Shown one piece after another: positions 25,398-38,193 of a stretch of DNA of 64,000 nt; position 1 is the first letter of the stretch, and every line of letters starts with the position of its first letter. Origin of the DNA: Octopus sinensis (lineage: Eukaryota); the NCBI RefSeq assembly GCF_006345805.1, contig NC_043014.1:51150001-51214000 (forward strand). The letters run 5' to 3'. The notes under the pieces are model-generated. The model made no database searches. It was not told the DNA's origin and saw nothing but the letters and a program-made list of their open reading frames with translations. The translations under genes were made by a program, and so were the position numbers.

Positions 25398-27502
25398 GGC
25401 CTCTTCCAATAACACTGTACCAAATCTACCAAATCTACTTTGGTCAGCTTCGGGCTATAATAAAAGATACTTGCCCAAATTTCCCCTATGTGGGACTGAA
25501 CCCGGAAACATGTGGATAGGATGTAAGTTTCTTACTACACAACAACGCCTCTTACATCTGTTGCACTGTGACGTATATAATGTTTTTTTTAATTATCAGT
25601 TCATCTGTACGACATTTGATTACTTATTGACCTCAAAATTAGATTTAAAACATAAATTTAATCTTCCTGCTTATTAACCTCGACTTTATGTCTGAGTTCA
25701 TATTTGCTTTACACCTTTCTGGGTTTACTAACAAAGAAACTAATATTGGTGTTTCTACAGTCGATTGTTTGATTAATCTGTTATAACTATCTCAGTGCAT
25801 TACAAAGGACAACGGCAGCAGAAGGAGCAGTAACAATTGGTACCTTTCCAATCGAAAGAAGCTGCATCAATATAGTCGCTAGGGCTGCTACAAACGTTAA
25901 CGAAAATCTCACACAGATCATATTATGCCATCTAAAGAAGCGTAAGGCTAACATAATAAGCTGTTAAAATTTTTTAGGAAGGCCACAGGTGGAGAGCCGG
26001 GGATCTTTGTTCAATTAGAGGAAATCTAGAGGCAAGCAAAAAGCACTGGTGCCTGTTCTCTCCATTAAGGTGTTGCTATTTACTCTTAATCCAAAGCATC
26101 GTTTTTATGTCTATACTATCATTGTCCAAAGTATGTATTTCTAGTTCTTTTTATGTTTCGTGATTTAGAGTATTTGGTTGTGAGTTTTAGCAGATCGAGT
26201 GATCGATTTGAAGTATCCTCGTCAGACGGCACCAGATCTAGATAAATTAAACGAGGTATAACAAATTTTAACAGTCCTTTAGAAATACTAGTAAGACATT
26301 GAAAATCTTAACATTTCAAACGTGCAATCTAATCACTAACATAGCTCACCTCCAAAGATATTTATTGATTTCATTGAATGATTGAATGATTGATCGCTTA
26401 ATTAAATGGGACTCATTGGATTTTTCTTCTCTTATCATATCTTAGATCGTTTGAGAACATCTAAAGATGAAGAAATAATATCTCTGAGCAAAATTTTAAA
26501 ATCCATTTTTCCTCTATTGGATAGGCGTTAGAAATACCCGTTTTTATTTTTTGTTTTTTTCGAAAAACGGAGTCGTGATAAAAACCTTCCTAAGATTTTT
26601 AGAAAGTTGACGTTCTCCAACGGGATTTTAATGTTCTAATCGTCTATGAAACGAACTAAAACTAATTCAAGTGTTAGTTCACGAAATGAAAGAGTCACTT
26701 TTTCTAGACTGATGTGAATGAAAGATTTTTTCACCCATATTTTACTTTAAAATCAATTTTTTTTTCCAAATCAGAATCAATTTTAAATCGCAGAAACTCT
26801 ACAGTATTATTTGTCTCCGATTTCTTATAGAATATTAAATTGGAAACATTAGATCGACGCTTTCTGTAAATTATGATGCCTAATCGTTTTTGAGAGATAC
26901 TGTTCTTTGAAGAAAAACTAAAAAAAACGACTGTCAAAAGTATAAAAAAAATATATGAACAGAATTCCAAAAATGGAAATAATATGATATTTTCCACATG
27001 ACTTTCAACAATATTAAGCCAATGTGTTAGAACGAAAGAAACTCAGAATGAAAGAGATGAATTAAAAGCTGAAGGAAAAAGGAATAACGATTGAAAGTCT
27101 GAGATTAAACAAAAAATAAATAGATAAATTTAAAAAATAAAGCAAGAAATAAAAACAAACAGGTAATTGAAAAAATTGCTTTTCTTTGAAATTTTGTACT
27201 ATTAATTATTTTCCTTCAGTCTGAAAGCATAATTTGAAATCTAAAAAAAAATGGATATTTTATCGTCTAATGCAAGGATTTAAGTTATCTTCAGTTCAGA
27301 TTATCATTTAGATAATTAAATAACCTACATTGTAGATATGATAAATTATGTACATTATTTATTTCCTTTTTTTCTAACAAATAAAAAAAAATTCTTTCTT
27401 AGCTGTAGAAAAAATATTTTGAAAGAATTTATTATCATAGCGTCTATGTTGAATCTATTTGCAAAAAAATATATTCATGAAGTTTTCATTATTGAACTCT
27501 AG

Positions 27503-27544
<42 letters not shown>

Positions 27545-27705
27545 AACACCCACCAATGAATATACACACATAAACATACATATATATACATGATATATAA
27601 GTGAATACATGTATAATATATCTATATAACTATATATACATATGCATGTATGTATACATATATATCAATATGAATATTTCTATCTATATATCTATATCTA
27701 TCTAT

Positions 27706-27741
<36 letters not shown>

Positions 27742-28348
27742 GTATGTATGTATTCCAATGATGGCAATAGATTTAAACAGCGACGGTTATTTATTATTCT
27801 CAATATAATCTCTTGTGTCACAACAAATCAACCTCTACCTGGTGTAGTGAAAACTATTCCAAATGATCAAAGTCAATATTCAACATTAAACTTAAATGTC
27901 TCCCATATATATGAAGCAAAAACTGTTTATTTGCGACATTTTCTTTTTTATTTTCAATTCACCAATTCGTTTATAGCGAAGATGGAAAAAAAAAGAAATA
28001 AACGTAATTATTTTGGAACGAGATTACTGTCATTACGAACAGATTTTGAAAAGTTGATGGAACTTCGTTTAAATATTCTTCATTAAATCGGTTATTAGTC
28101 GCATAAGTAGAATATTTCTCCTGGATATAATATTTGCTAATAAGTTAATGTTTCGGTATGAGTGTCGAAAAGACATCTATGAATTTATACTGATAAAGAG
28201 ATGACCACAAACTGATTGTATATTACACACACAAACATGTATATGTGTGTGTGTGTGCATGTGTATATGTATTGTAGTATATGTGTATATAATATAAATA
28301 TATATATATGATGTATGTATATATATATATATATAATATATATATATA

Positions 28349-28382
<34 letters not shown>

Positions 28383-28387
28383 TATAT

Positions 28388-28490
28388 ATAGGGAGAGTTT
28401 ACGAAAAAACAGGTGGTGTACAAAACAAATAGATGTATTAGTATAATAGAAAAAATAGTTTACGTTTCGAGAAAGGAACACAGATGCTAT
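28388..28490 (-). mobile_element. PLE-like repeat family D fragment with hammerhead stem II deleted
   Basis: gggagagtttacgaaaaa...caggtggtgtacaaaac...gatgtattagtataa matches the copies at 61030 and 61313. acgtttcgag is joined directly to aaaggaacacag. Confidence 0.7.
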
Positions 28491-28510
28491 TATAGCATTA
28501 TTACGGTGAC

Positions 28511-28737
28511 AGTTGTCAAGCGATGTTGGGGGATACACACACACTCCACACACACACACACACATACCTATTTATATACGACGGGCTTCTTTCAGTTTCT
28601 ACCAAATCCACTCACAAGGTTTTGGTTGGCCCGAGGCTATATTAGAAAACACTTGCTTAAGGTGCCACGCAGTGGGACCGAACCCAGAACCATGCGGCTG
28701 GTTAACAAACTACTTACCACACCGCCACTTCTGCGCC
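28511..28737 (-). mobile_element. SINE family A, 5' part
   Basis: Matches the head and internal microsatellite of family A. Confidence 0.85.
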
Positions 28738-30052
28738 AATGAAAATCATCGTGAAAGTAGTGAAAGTACCGTGTCGAATATATCAGTTATAAATTTAGAA
28801 AGGGGAGATAATTTCTTAATTTGTTGCCTTTTCCAACCTTATTGCAACAGAAGACAATTCTGTATGTCGCTAATAGAACAATGAAATATGAAACATGTAA
28901 GTGTCTATCGTTTAGCTCATTGGACACCAACCTGTATACATCCTTGTTCTGTATTGTATGATATACTGCATCAAGGTTTCCCTTCTGTTTATATTGCTAT
29001 TCTATGTCTGGGTATATTAGTACCCGAAGTGATTCGGATGAAAAGCTTGTTAAATTGTTAAACGTCGTTAGAATTGTCTTTCATTAGAGCTACTTTCTAG
29101 TTTTGGTACTTGTGGGAATGTAATGTTGTTTAACTCCACATGCATTGCCTCAGATTATTTGTCACCTAATTAATTTACGATACGTTGAAATTACTAATGC
29201 GCCTTTCTGCATCGTTGAGCAATCCATCTTGTTTTTAAGACATTCGAACAACCAAATTAAAAGAAATATACAAAGGCGCGCATGTGCATAGCCTAACGTG
29301 ATAAAACACGCGCAAGATTTATACAAAAGCAGTTTCTGCATTACATTGCAGATTTCAATAGGATCAGTGAAGTACTTTTCAATAAAGAACATTGATTTAG
29401 TGTCTATACGCAGAAGTGTTCTATCTCTCAAGGGAAATATTTCCAACCATGCTAATACGCAAACGTTTGTACATCTGAACCAGAGAAAGAACTCTCAGCA
29501 AATAATTTCTCTTTGTACACACAGTTTCTACTTGAAGAATAATTATACACACAAAATCCTATAAATTTCTTTCTTGATAGCAACATTAATGCAAAATCCG
29601 TATCTTCCGTATTCGAAGACAAATGATGGCTTTTATTGATTTACAGGCGTTCACGTAAACTGATCCATAATCAGAATGAAAATGTTAGCTTAGCAATTGA
29701 TAATGTTAATAAACTAGTGGATTACTGACCGAAGGCTCCGTGTTGATGAGAGAAATATTATATCCCTACGCTCAGATAGGAAATTGGCTTCCCTTTCATC
29801 AACATTTGAAATATGTGCGAAACTTTGACACAACTCACAGCTACAGGCAGATTGGTTGCCTATAATTAATGTCTTCCTCTTACGTCAAGCTAAGCGTTCA
29901 TCTCCGACTATGAACCATTGGACGCGGCAAGCGTTTTCTATGTATTGGCCGAACCATTTTCCGTGGACGCATGTTCTAGTAGAAATAACAACCAATTCTA
30001 GTAGAAATAACAACCAATACAGAATTATTCATGGACCATAGGGACATTACCA

Positions 30053-30436
30053 TGGAAGCACTCCGTCGGTTACGACAACGAGGGTTCCGGTTGATCCGAT
30101 CAACGGAACAGCCTGCTCATGAAATTAACGTGTAAGTGGCTGAGCACTCCACAGACACGCGTACCCTTAACGTAGTTCTCGGGGATATTTAGCGTGACAC
30201 AGAGAGTGACAAGGCCGGCCCTTTGAAATACAGGTACAACAGAAACAGGAAGTAAGAGTGAGAGAAAGTTCTGGTGAAAGAGTACAGCAGGGATCACCAC
30301 CATACCCTGCCGGAGCCTCGTGGAGCTTTTAGGTGTTTTCGCTCAATAAACACTCACAACGCCCGGTCTGGGAATCGAAACCGCGATCTTACGACCGCGA
30401 GTCCCCTGCCCTAACCACTGGGCCATTGCGCCTCCA
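30053..30436 (-). mobile_element. SINE family B (tail B1), full length with 17-bp TSD
   Basis: TSD ccatagggacattacca at 30036-30052 and 30437-30453. Confidence 0.94.
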
Positions 30437-30812
30437 CCATAGGGACATTACCATTCTGAATGTTCAAGTCTAGCACGCTATTTATCCCTGGTTGTTTCAG
30501 TCAGGGCTTAGTCGGAACTGACCGACGAAACAGGCACCAGAACGCCACAAAAAGAAAACGGTGAGAGAGTCACACATTTAATGATTTTGATGACTGAGCG
30601 CGAACTGGCGGTGGCCGATGGCATCTACTACAACATCAACAAAATGGTCAGACATGTTCAGAATTGTTTCCATGTCTTTTAGTTTTTTATGGTACTATTT
30701 TATGATTCCAGGAGAGATTTTAATGTAAATTCTCAGATTCCATCATTTATCAGTTCAAGAAACGTAAAAAAAAAATTCAGGTCTTGCACACACGCGCGCG
30801 TGCATATATATA

Positions 30813-30866
<54 letters not shown>

Positions 30867-31461
30867 CGTTAGGAAATAAAAACTTGAAATCCGGGCACAT
30901 GCATTATTAGATTTCTTATGAAATCCAGAATCGGCTAACCATATCGAGAGATAGGAAACTTTGAAGACCGTTTAATATACAGTTAAACGGTACTTGTTTC
31001 GATTGGTAAATCCAGCGTTGGATTCAACAGATTTCTTGAAGAGTAGAAAGAATACAAACAGCATCATATTTAAAAATGACGAATAATACACCTTCAGAAT
31101 TTATGTATTAAAGCATTTTCTTCATAATTCCGACACGTGTTTCTTGCTGGAGGAGTATAATCGTGTCTTTTCATATAATACTTTTATGCATTTAAATCAA
31201 TTATTTTAAGCCTCTTTCAGTACAAGTTTCAATCTATTATGCAACTTTATTCCAAGTGATTCCCATACGAGTGGAGGGAAAACTCCGAATAAATTTGTAT
31301 AGTTTTGCCACTGAATGAACTGAATGCACAAAATTATGACATCGAAAGACACTAAGACACTTATCCAGCAGAAACACGTGTAGCAATGACACCTAAAGAA
31401 AATGATTTAATAAATAGATTTTGAAGATGTATTATTCTTCAGTCTTCATTATGTTGTCGTG

Positions 31462-31505
<44 letters not shown>

Positions 31506-32774
31506 ATATGTTATATATATATATGCATGTAGTATATATTCAGAAATATTCACGTGAAACAATTGGTAACGTGTTTCTTGTACTCTACACTCGCACAGGC
31601 ACAGACGCTAACACACATTTCTGTGTATATATATGTGTGTGTGTGTGTTGGTGCTCGTGCGGAAATATGTGTGTGTTTGTATGTGTTTACAAATATTATA
31701 AATATCTCATACTTAACATAGTTTGTTGTTTTAGCCGCAGAAGCTACGGTTTATATACCGATAAAAAAATCATTTTAAAGATTTATTTTGTGAAAAGAGC
31801 ATAATACACTTCAGAGCGAGACGAAACTTATTCGAAACTTTTGGTTTGTTGTATATATATATATTCTACAAAACCTATTTGCACGTCGCCCTGTGCAGCA
31901 TCATGTATATATTCATTAAATCAACCACATACGAATAAAACAAATTTTATTGAAGAGAAAGTAGTTAGAAGTGCTTAGGCTGGAGATGTTTGTGGTAGCG
32001 CTATTTGATGTAGTCTCTCCTGATTTTACTCAATCGTTTTGTCACTTTTGACTTTATTCCTTTGCAGGGATTCGATCCATGTCTCCGGTTTGAGAATAGT
32101 TATCTTCGTACTTCTTCACCGGTCACAGGAGTCTTTAGAATGATCATTCACGCTGATCTTTCTTCTCTGGCTTAACCACTAAATACTTTTGGGATATCGT
32201 TTGACCGTTTGAAAGTTAACTAGCCTTTCCATTCCATTTTAAGAATACCATTAAACTAACTCCGTTTCTTTCGTCTAGACAGTAACCAATAGTTTTGGGC
32301 CAATGGGTATAATTGATAAATGAACATCAGAAGAAAGTTTCTATGTATTTTAGCGAACTCAGATGATTGATAAACGAATTCAATTTATCTAGATCCAATA
32401 AGAGCTGTCTGTCTAGAGTAATGGATCTGTTCAATGGAAGCACTTACATCGGCCATTTCTGCACCAAGCATCTAATCAAATAGATCTGTAATGAATGGTA
32501 CGTAGCAAAACTCTCTATGTAGTACGCCAGCCTAATATTCTGTCACTTTGTCGATTTTAATGTTTATAGTTTCAGTAAAAGCAAAAGACTTCTAAGTTAT
32601 TTTAGAGAACCAGATACGGACGCTAGTACATTTGAGTTCAATAATTTCAATAATTGAAAAGAACCGTCCGACTAAAATGGGAAGAGATATCGACCTGTAA
32701 TAATGAATTTCGTTTGTTAGTAGCATAACTTATGTCTTACATCATGGCGTCGTTGTTGTTGGTGTATTTGCCAT

Positions 32775-33285
32775 GGAAGTGAAGTTGAGTGGCTAAGAGG
32801 TTTTGGAAATTCGGCTCACTATCACAAGGCTGTGAGTTCGCATCCCGGCGTTGCGTTGGGCCGTTGGGAGAGACATTTTTATTTCGTGTTGTTCTAGCCA
32901 AACTCAGCCGGCAAAATTGAGTTGCATCTTTAATTCAAAATGTCAGCCATGTAATTTTCGGCGTGTCCCTCTGCATCACCCTCAGAAATTCGTTAAGGAT
33001 GAGCGTGTCTAGCGAGCGCTCTGCCACTTGCAACGGTAATTTCACGAAGAGACATTTTATTTCGCGTTGTTCCAACCAAACTCAGCCGGCAAAATTAAGT
33101 TGCATCTTTAATTCAAAATGTCAGCCGTGTAATTTTCAGCGTGTCACTATGCATCACACTTAGACATACGTTAAGGATGCGCGTGTCTGGAGAGCTCTCT
33201 GCCACTTGCAACGGTAATTTCACGAACAGGATCCGCTTCCCTGATCGGATCAACTGGAAGCCTCGTCTTAGTAACTGATTGAATT
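32775..33285 (+). mobile_element. tRNA-derived SINE (family E) with internal 179-bp tandem duplication and B1-like tail
   Basis: A-box-like gagtggctaag and B box gagttcgcatccc. agacatttt units start at about 32870 and 33050. The tail cgttaagg...gccacttgca...aatttcacga...gatcggatcaactggaa resembles the family B1 tail. Confidence 0.78.
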
Positions 33286-33696
33286 GGTATTGTTGTCTCC
33301 CTTGTGCATCTAACCGAGCAATTTGTGGTTGAAATATAGAACTACAATACTAAAAATCACCTTTCGTTTCTTAAAAAAAATAAAATGCGTCATCAGACGT
33401 TTATTTTGCTGCTATCGTAAAGCAGCCATGCTTGAGATTCCTTCGTTGAATTCACGTGATTCTCGTGGTTAAACCACAAGTCTGAACATATGGGCGTTGC
33501 ATGTATCGTTTCTTGTTTATGTTTTACTTATTTCTAACATTAGATTGTGACCATGGTGAGATAGCGCCAAGAGAGACTTTCGTGGATCGAAGTTGCTCCA
33601 GTACTTTATGCTTTTAACGCCTTATGCGTCTTCTTTCTTCATCTTGCACAGAACAGCTACATTACAGGGCCCTAAACGCACCAGCCCTGGTAATCC

Positions 33697-33985
33697 TTTG
33701 ATTATGTGACCGAACAGTCCATCAGATGTAGTTACACATCGCTGGTCACAACGTGTCGCATTGCTTTAGCCTTCGAATGACGCCACCCCGTTGGCTAAGC
33801 GAGCAGGCCAACAGAAGAAAGAGTGGTAAAAGAGTACATCAGGGATCACCACCCCCTGCCGGAGCCTCGTGGAGCTTTTGGGTGTTTTCGCTCAATAAAC
33901 ACTCACAACGCCCGGTCTGGGAATCGAAACCGCGATCCTACGACCGTGAGTCTGGTGCCCTAACCACTGGGCCATTGCACCTCCA
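33697..33985 (-). mobile_element. SINE family B, tail B2
   Basis: Reverse complement matches 25068-25362. Confidence 0.88.
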
Positions 33986-34034
33986 CATATATATATATAT
34001 ATATATATATAGATATATATATATATATATACTA

Positions 34035-34066
<32 letters not shown>

Positions 34067-34120
34067 TATATAATATATATTATATAATATATATATATAT
34101 AATATATATTATATATATAT

Positions 34121-34199
<79 letters not shown>

Positions 34200-34212
34200 A
34201 TTATATCTTATA
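33986..34212. repeat. (TA)n tract flanking the hammerhead array on the left
   Basis: Direct reading. Confidence 0.95.
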
Positions 34213-34365
34213 TAAAAACAAATATAAGAGAGTGGTCAATATATTGCTCACTCTAGCACCAGTTAATCCAAAAGGTTTCAACCACGAAGATACATGCTTC
34301 CCATGAAAGCCAGTACGACTGTTAGCTCACACGGACAGGGCAAGTAAAAGATAACCAAAATAATA

Positions 34366-34458
34366 AGATTATTTGGGACAATTGTTTCGCTATTAATGAT
34401 TATTAAATGTATATTACTTACAAAAAATCCATTTGTAGCTCGTCAGCCAAGACTATCT
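34366..34458 (-). ncRNA. Type I hammerhead ribozyme, intact core (copy 1)
   Basis: Minus strand: AGAU AGUC UUGG-CUGACGA-GCUA..UAGC-GAAAC AAUU GUC^CCAA AUA AUCU. Predicted cleavage between 34377 and 34376. Confidence 0.88.
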
Positions 34459-34894
34459 GGATGAAATCCACTCAATCACACGCCAGTTTACCATAACGAT
34501 AATACGCGTGTGGTTCAATTGATTACATCCGACGTTATAATTCAAATGCCCCAACCAACAGCGCGCCAAACTTTCACGGAAAACAAATACAGCATTTAGA
34601 AATAAATGCAGCATAATTATAATTAATTAATAAGGGTGAGAGAATTAGATACTAATTTAATAGTATATTTATTCAACACCAAGTGGCCTAGTGCTACGAG
34701 AAACCTGGATTATTATAATATTTTATAACATATTACAATACTTTTACAAACAAATATAAAGAGTGGTCAATATATTGCTCACTCTAGCACCAGTTAATCC
34801 AAAAGGTTTCAACCACGAAGATACATGCTTCCCATGAAAGCCAGTACGACTGTTAGCTCACACGGACAGGGCAAGTAAAAAATAACAAAAATAC

Positions 34895-34987
34895 AGATTA
34901 TTTGGGACAATTGTTTCGCTATTAATGAAATAAATGTAATATTACTTACAAAAAAATCCATTTGTAGCTCGTCAGCCAAGACTATCT
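34895..34987 (-). ncRNA. Type I hammerhead ribozyme, intact core (copy 2)
   Basis: Same fold as copy 1. Predicted cleavage between 34906 and 34905, 529 nt from the copy 1 site. Confidence 0.88.
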
Positions 34988-35332
34988 GGATGAAATCCAC
35001 TCAATCACACGCCAGATTTTACCATAACGATAAATACGCGTGTGGTTCAATTGATTACATCCGACGTTATAATTCAAATGCCCCAACCAACAGCACTAGG
35101 CCACTTGGTGTTGAATAAATATACTATTAAATTAGTATCTAATTCTCTCACCCTTATTAATTAATTATAATTATGCTGCATTTATTTCTAAATGCTGTAT
35201 TTGTTTTCCGTGAAAGTTTGGCGCGCTGTTGGTGGGGCATTTGAATTATAACGTCGGATGTTGTAATCAATTGAACCACACGCGTATTTATCGTTATGGT
35301 AAAATCTGGCGTGTGATTGAGTGGATTTCATC

Positions 35333-35428
35333 CAGATAGTCTTGGCTGACGAGCTACAAATGGATTTTTTTGTAAGTAATATTACATTTAATTCATTAAT
35401 AGCGAAACAATTGTCCCAAAATAATCTG
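35333..35428 (+). ncRNA. Type I hammerhead ribozyme, intact core (copy 3, opposite strand)
   Basis: UUGG 35342-45, CUGACGA 35346-52, GCUA 35353-56 / UAGC 35400-03, GAAAC 35404-08, AAUU, GUC 35413-15, CCAA 35416-19. Cleavage predicted after 35415. Confidence 0.9.
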
Positions 35429-35704
35429 TATTTTTGTTATTTTTTACTTGCCCTGTCCGTGTGAGCTAACAGTCGTACTGGCTTTCATGGGAAGCATGTA
35501 TCTTCGTGGTTGAAACCTTTGGATTAACTGGTGCTAGAGTGAGCAATATATTGACCACTCTCTTATATTTGTTTTGTAAAAGGTATTGTAATATGTTATA
35601 AAAATATAATAATCCAGGTTTCTCGTAGCACTAGGCCACTTGGTGTTGAATAAATATACTATTAAATTAGTATCTAATTCTCTCACCCTTATTAATTAAT
35701 TATA

Positions 35705-35739
35705 TATATATATATTATATAGATATATATATTATATAT

Positions 35740-35775
<36 letters not shown>

Positions 35776-35827
35776 CATGTATATTATATATATATATTTA
35801 TACATATATACATGTATATATATATAT

Positions 35828-35888
<61 letters not shown>
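35705..35888. repeat. (TA)n tract flanking the hammerhead array on the right
   Basis: Direct reading. Confidence 0.95.
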
Positions 35889-36969
35889 GCTGGGATATGT
35901 TTAATGTGTAAAGTGGACATATCTAATGTATTATTAACGCAAAACTTTGTGGCTATTTCAACAATGTGTTTGTGGATGGGTATGGCGCTGAGGAAGGGAT
36001 ACAAACTCCTGAAACATCCATATACACCCATTGCCAATTTTTCTATCTTCGATCGCACTGTCTGCATAAAAATTATTCGTATACGAAACGGCGCAACTTC
36101 TACTGCTGGTTCAAATATCTATAGAAAATCCGCTGGTTCAAAAATCTTTAGAAAATCTTTTAAAAAGTCAGTATATAGGCAGTTATATTCTATAGCAGGG
36201 AATATTCAATTCGATGCTAATAAATCAATACTCACAAGTAAGAGAGGAAATAGGACAGGATTCCCGCTACGTAACTCAAGAAAATTAAAGCCAAATAAAC
36301 TAACGCAGATTTTAGAATCGATTTGAAAGATTATAAGCTTTGGTCATTATTCCGTATTTCTAAGGATTCTTTTAAATTTATGCTTTTAACATGAAATATG
36401 ATGGATTCGCTATGTTTATTTGATCTCGTTTCAAAGTAAAATTAAGGAAATAAGACACAATGCTGGAATGAATTATTGAATGAACATTTTGTAGTCGATA
36501 CCTATTGAGGTTTGTAAAGTTATCTTGTAAAACTTCCTGACAGAAGCATTGTCGGTGGAAGTGTAAGAAAGCTGACTCAGATCCCTGAATGTATCTATCT
36601 ATGTTCATACAGAAACGAAACACTCGGCACTTGATTCACTTTGTGTCCTCTGTTGATTAATTAATGAAAGACATATGTGTACTTACGTTTTGAATACTAT
36701 TTTCCTGTTTGTCATCGCCAAACTGGAATTATATAAGCTCTGTGTATGAATCTGTGTTTGCGCGTGTGTTTGCGTGTGTGTATCAATGCACATAAATGTG
36801 CAATACATTCTCGTTATCTTGCACAACGCCGTATGTCTCTGTGCTCTGACGCTTGCTCCATGCACTGGCTGCTCCACAACCAAAGACTAGGTTACCAACC
36901 ACCAACCATCAATGCTTGCGCAGACCGTCTCCCACAGCCTTATGCATCACCTGCGAAACCCAAATTTTG

Positions 36970-37006
<37 letters not shown>

Positions 37007-37504
37007 TTAATTTGCCAAAATATTTTCGTCACTTTCAGACCGCGCTCTGTTCACTGACAAAATTCCGTGCAGACCACATACCCATGCCCTTGTCACCTTC
37101 TTCCCACGATATGTGGGAAGAAACAAAAATCACCTCAAAGTTACGCCGCAACCACGTCTGTCATATTCTAATGCATGCGCATAAAATCTTGGGCAATGAA
37201 AAACTTTTGGATAGACCCCTGGAAAATTTCATCGTCAAAACGAGCGAGTATAGAAAGATGTTTGGGAACCATTTGAAGTGTTACTCTTTCGTGTACAATG
37301 ATATAAGATATTATCATACCTGTGTTTATTTTGATATTAAGATTGAAAAAAAAAGAGGACGTTGTTTGTAAAAGATTTTAGACCTGCGATTGCAACCCCT
37401 AAACACATTTTAGGGCTACTTTATATACATTTATATAAATACATATAATGTATTTATGAAACATTGCATACATATTGAAAGACTAGATGTCTATTGAATT
37501 TATC

Positions 37505-37849
37505 GTTGCTGTTGCTGTTGAGCGAACGGTCTTCGTCCCAGAGCTCGCAAGATGGGAGAAGTCCGAATCGTGGTCCTTTGCTATTCGTAAGACCCGCAAA
37601 AGAGAAAAGAGGTCAACCCCCGACACCGAGAGCATCGACGGATGGATGAATGCGCATCCAGGCTCAGCGGTTGCGTAGGAAGTCGGGGCGAAAGAGTACA
37701 ACAGGGGGTCGCTACCACCCCCTGCTGGAGCTTCGTGGAGCTTTAGTTGTTTTCGCTAAATAAACACACACAACGCCCGGTCTGAGAATCGAAACCGCAA
37801 TCCTCCGACCGCGACTCCGCTGCCCTAACCACTGGGCCATTGCGCCTCC
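37505..37849 (-). mobile_element. SINE family B head with third tail type (B3), ending in (CAA/CAG)n
   Basis: Family B head, then ccccgacttcctacgcaac...ggatgcgcattcatccatccgtc...cgaatagcaaaggacc...gggacgaagac, which is shared with the 39177 copy. Confidence 0.87.
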
Positions 37850-38119
37850 TGTCGTTGCTGTATGGGAAGGAACAAAGCAAATCGTTTCTCTTTTCTTCTC
37901 CAAACGTATCGAGATGGCGATGTATTGTAGTAATTAAGGGAATAGAATTTCGACAAGGTTTTCTCATAATTTTCTTTAAGTAGATTAACAACGTTAATGA
38001 AGCGAATTAATTGCAGCAGCAAAGATAATGAAAAAAAAAAAGGTTGACGTGATTTAAATTTGACATAAAGATTATAATATTTTTCCTGATTTATCATCAC
38101 GCACAGATATAAACACACA

Positions 38120-38193
<74 letters not shown>

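Larger units (their letters stand above)
34214..35704. mobile_element. Tandem plus inverted array of a ~530-bp hammerhead-bearing unit (retrozyme / PLE pseudo-LTR-like)
   Basis: agtggtcaatatattgc occurs at 34231 and 34762 (period ~530). The strand switches at 35092-35094 over an AGC microhomology, and the reverse-complement unit then runs 35092-35704 (agcactagg at 35092 and 35627). One HHR per full unit. Confidence 0.9.

Noticed and set aside
29974-30017. 22-bp direct tandem duplication
   Set aside because: Ordinary slippage duplication, not a TSD because nothing lies between the copies.
32048-32180. Strong splice acceptor (ctttattcctttgcag) with a short open frame
   Set aside because: No convincing donor or homology; isolated acceptors are expected by chance in 64 kb.
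34809-35000. 63-aa ORF in the 530-bp unit; unit considered as a NUMT or viral insert
   Set aside because: The ORF is not preserved across the three copies because of indels, no mitochondrial or viral motif was recognised, and the conserved feature is the RNA fold.
35610-35650. HDV-like ribozyme around ggtttctcgtagc in the 530-bp unit
   Set aside because: The L3-like TTCTCGT is present, but P3 has a G-G mismatch and no P1/P2 partners could be found.
35904-36326. 140-aa non-repetitive ORF next to the hammerhead array
   Set aside because: No RT, GIY-YIG or other motif was recognised; it includes a 27-bp local tandem duplication and lacks splice context.
37012-37371. 119-aa ORF faintly like a Tc1/mariner C-terminus
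   Set aside because: Resemblance is limited to a few residues and no YSPDL motif or catalytic aspartate is recognisable.
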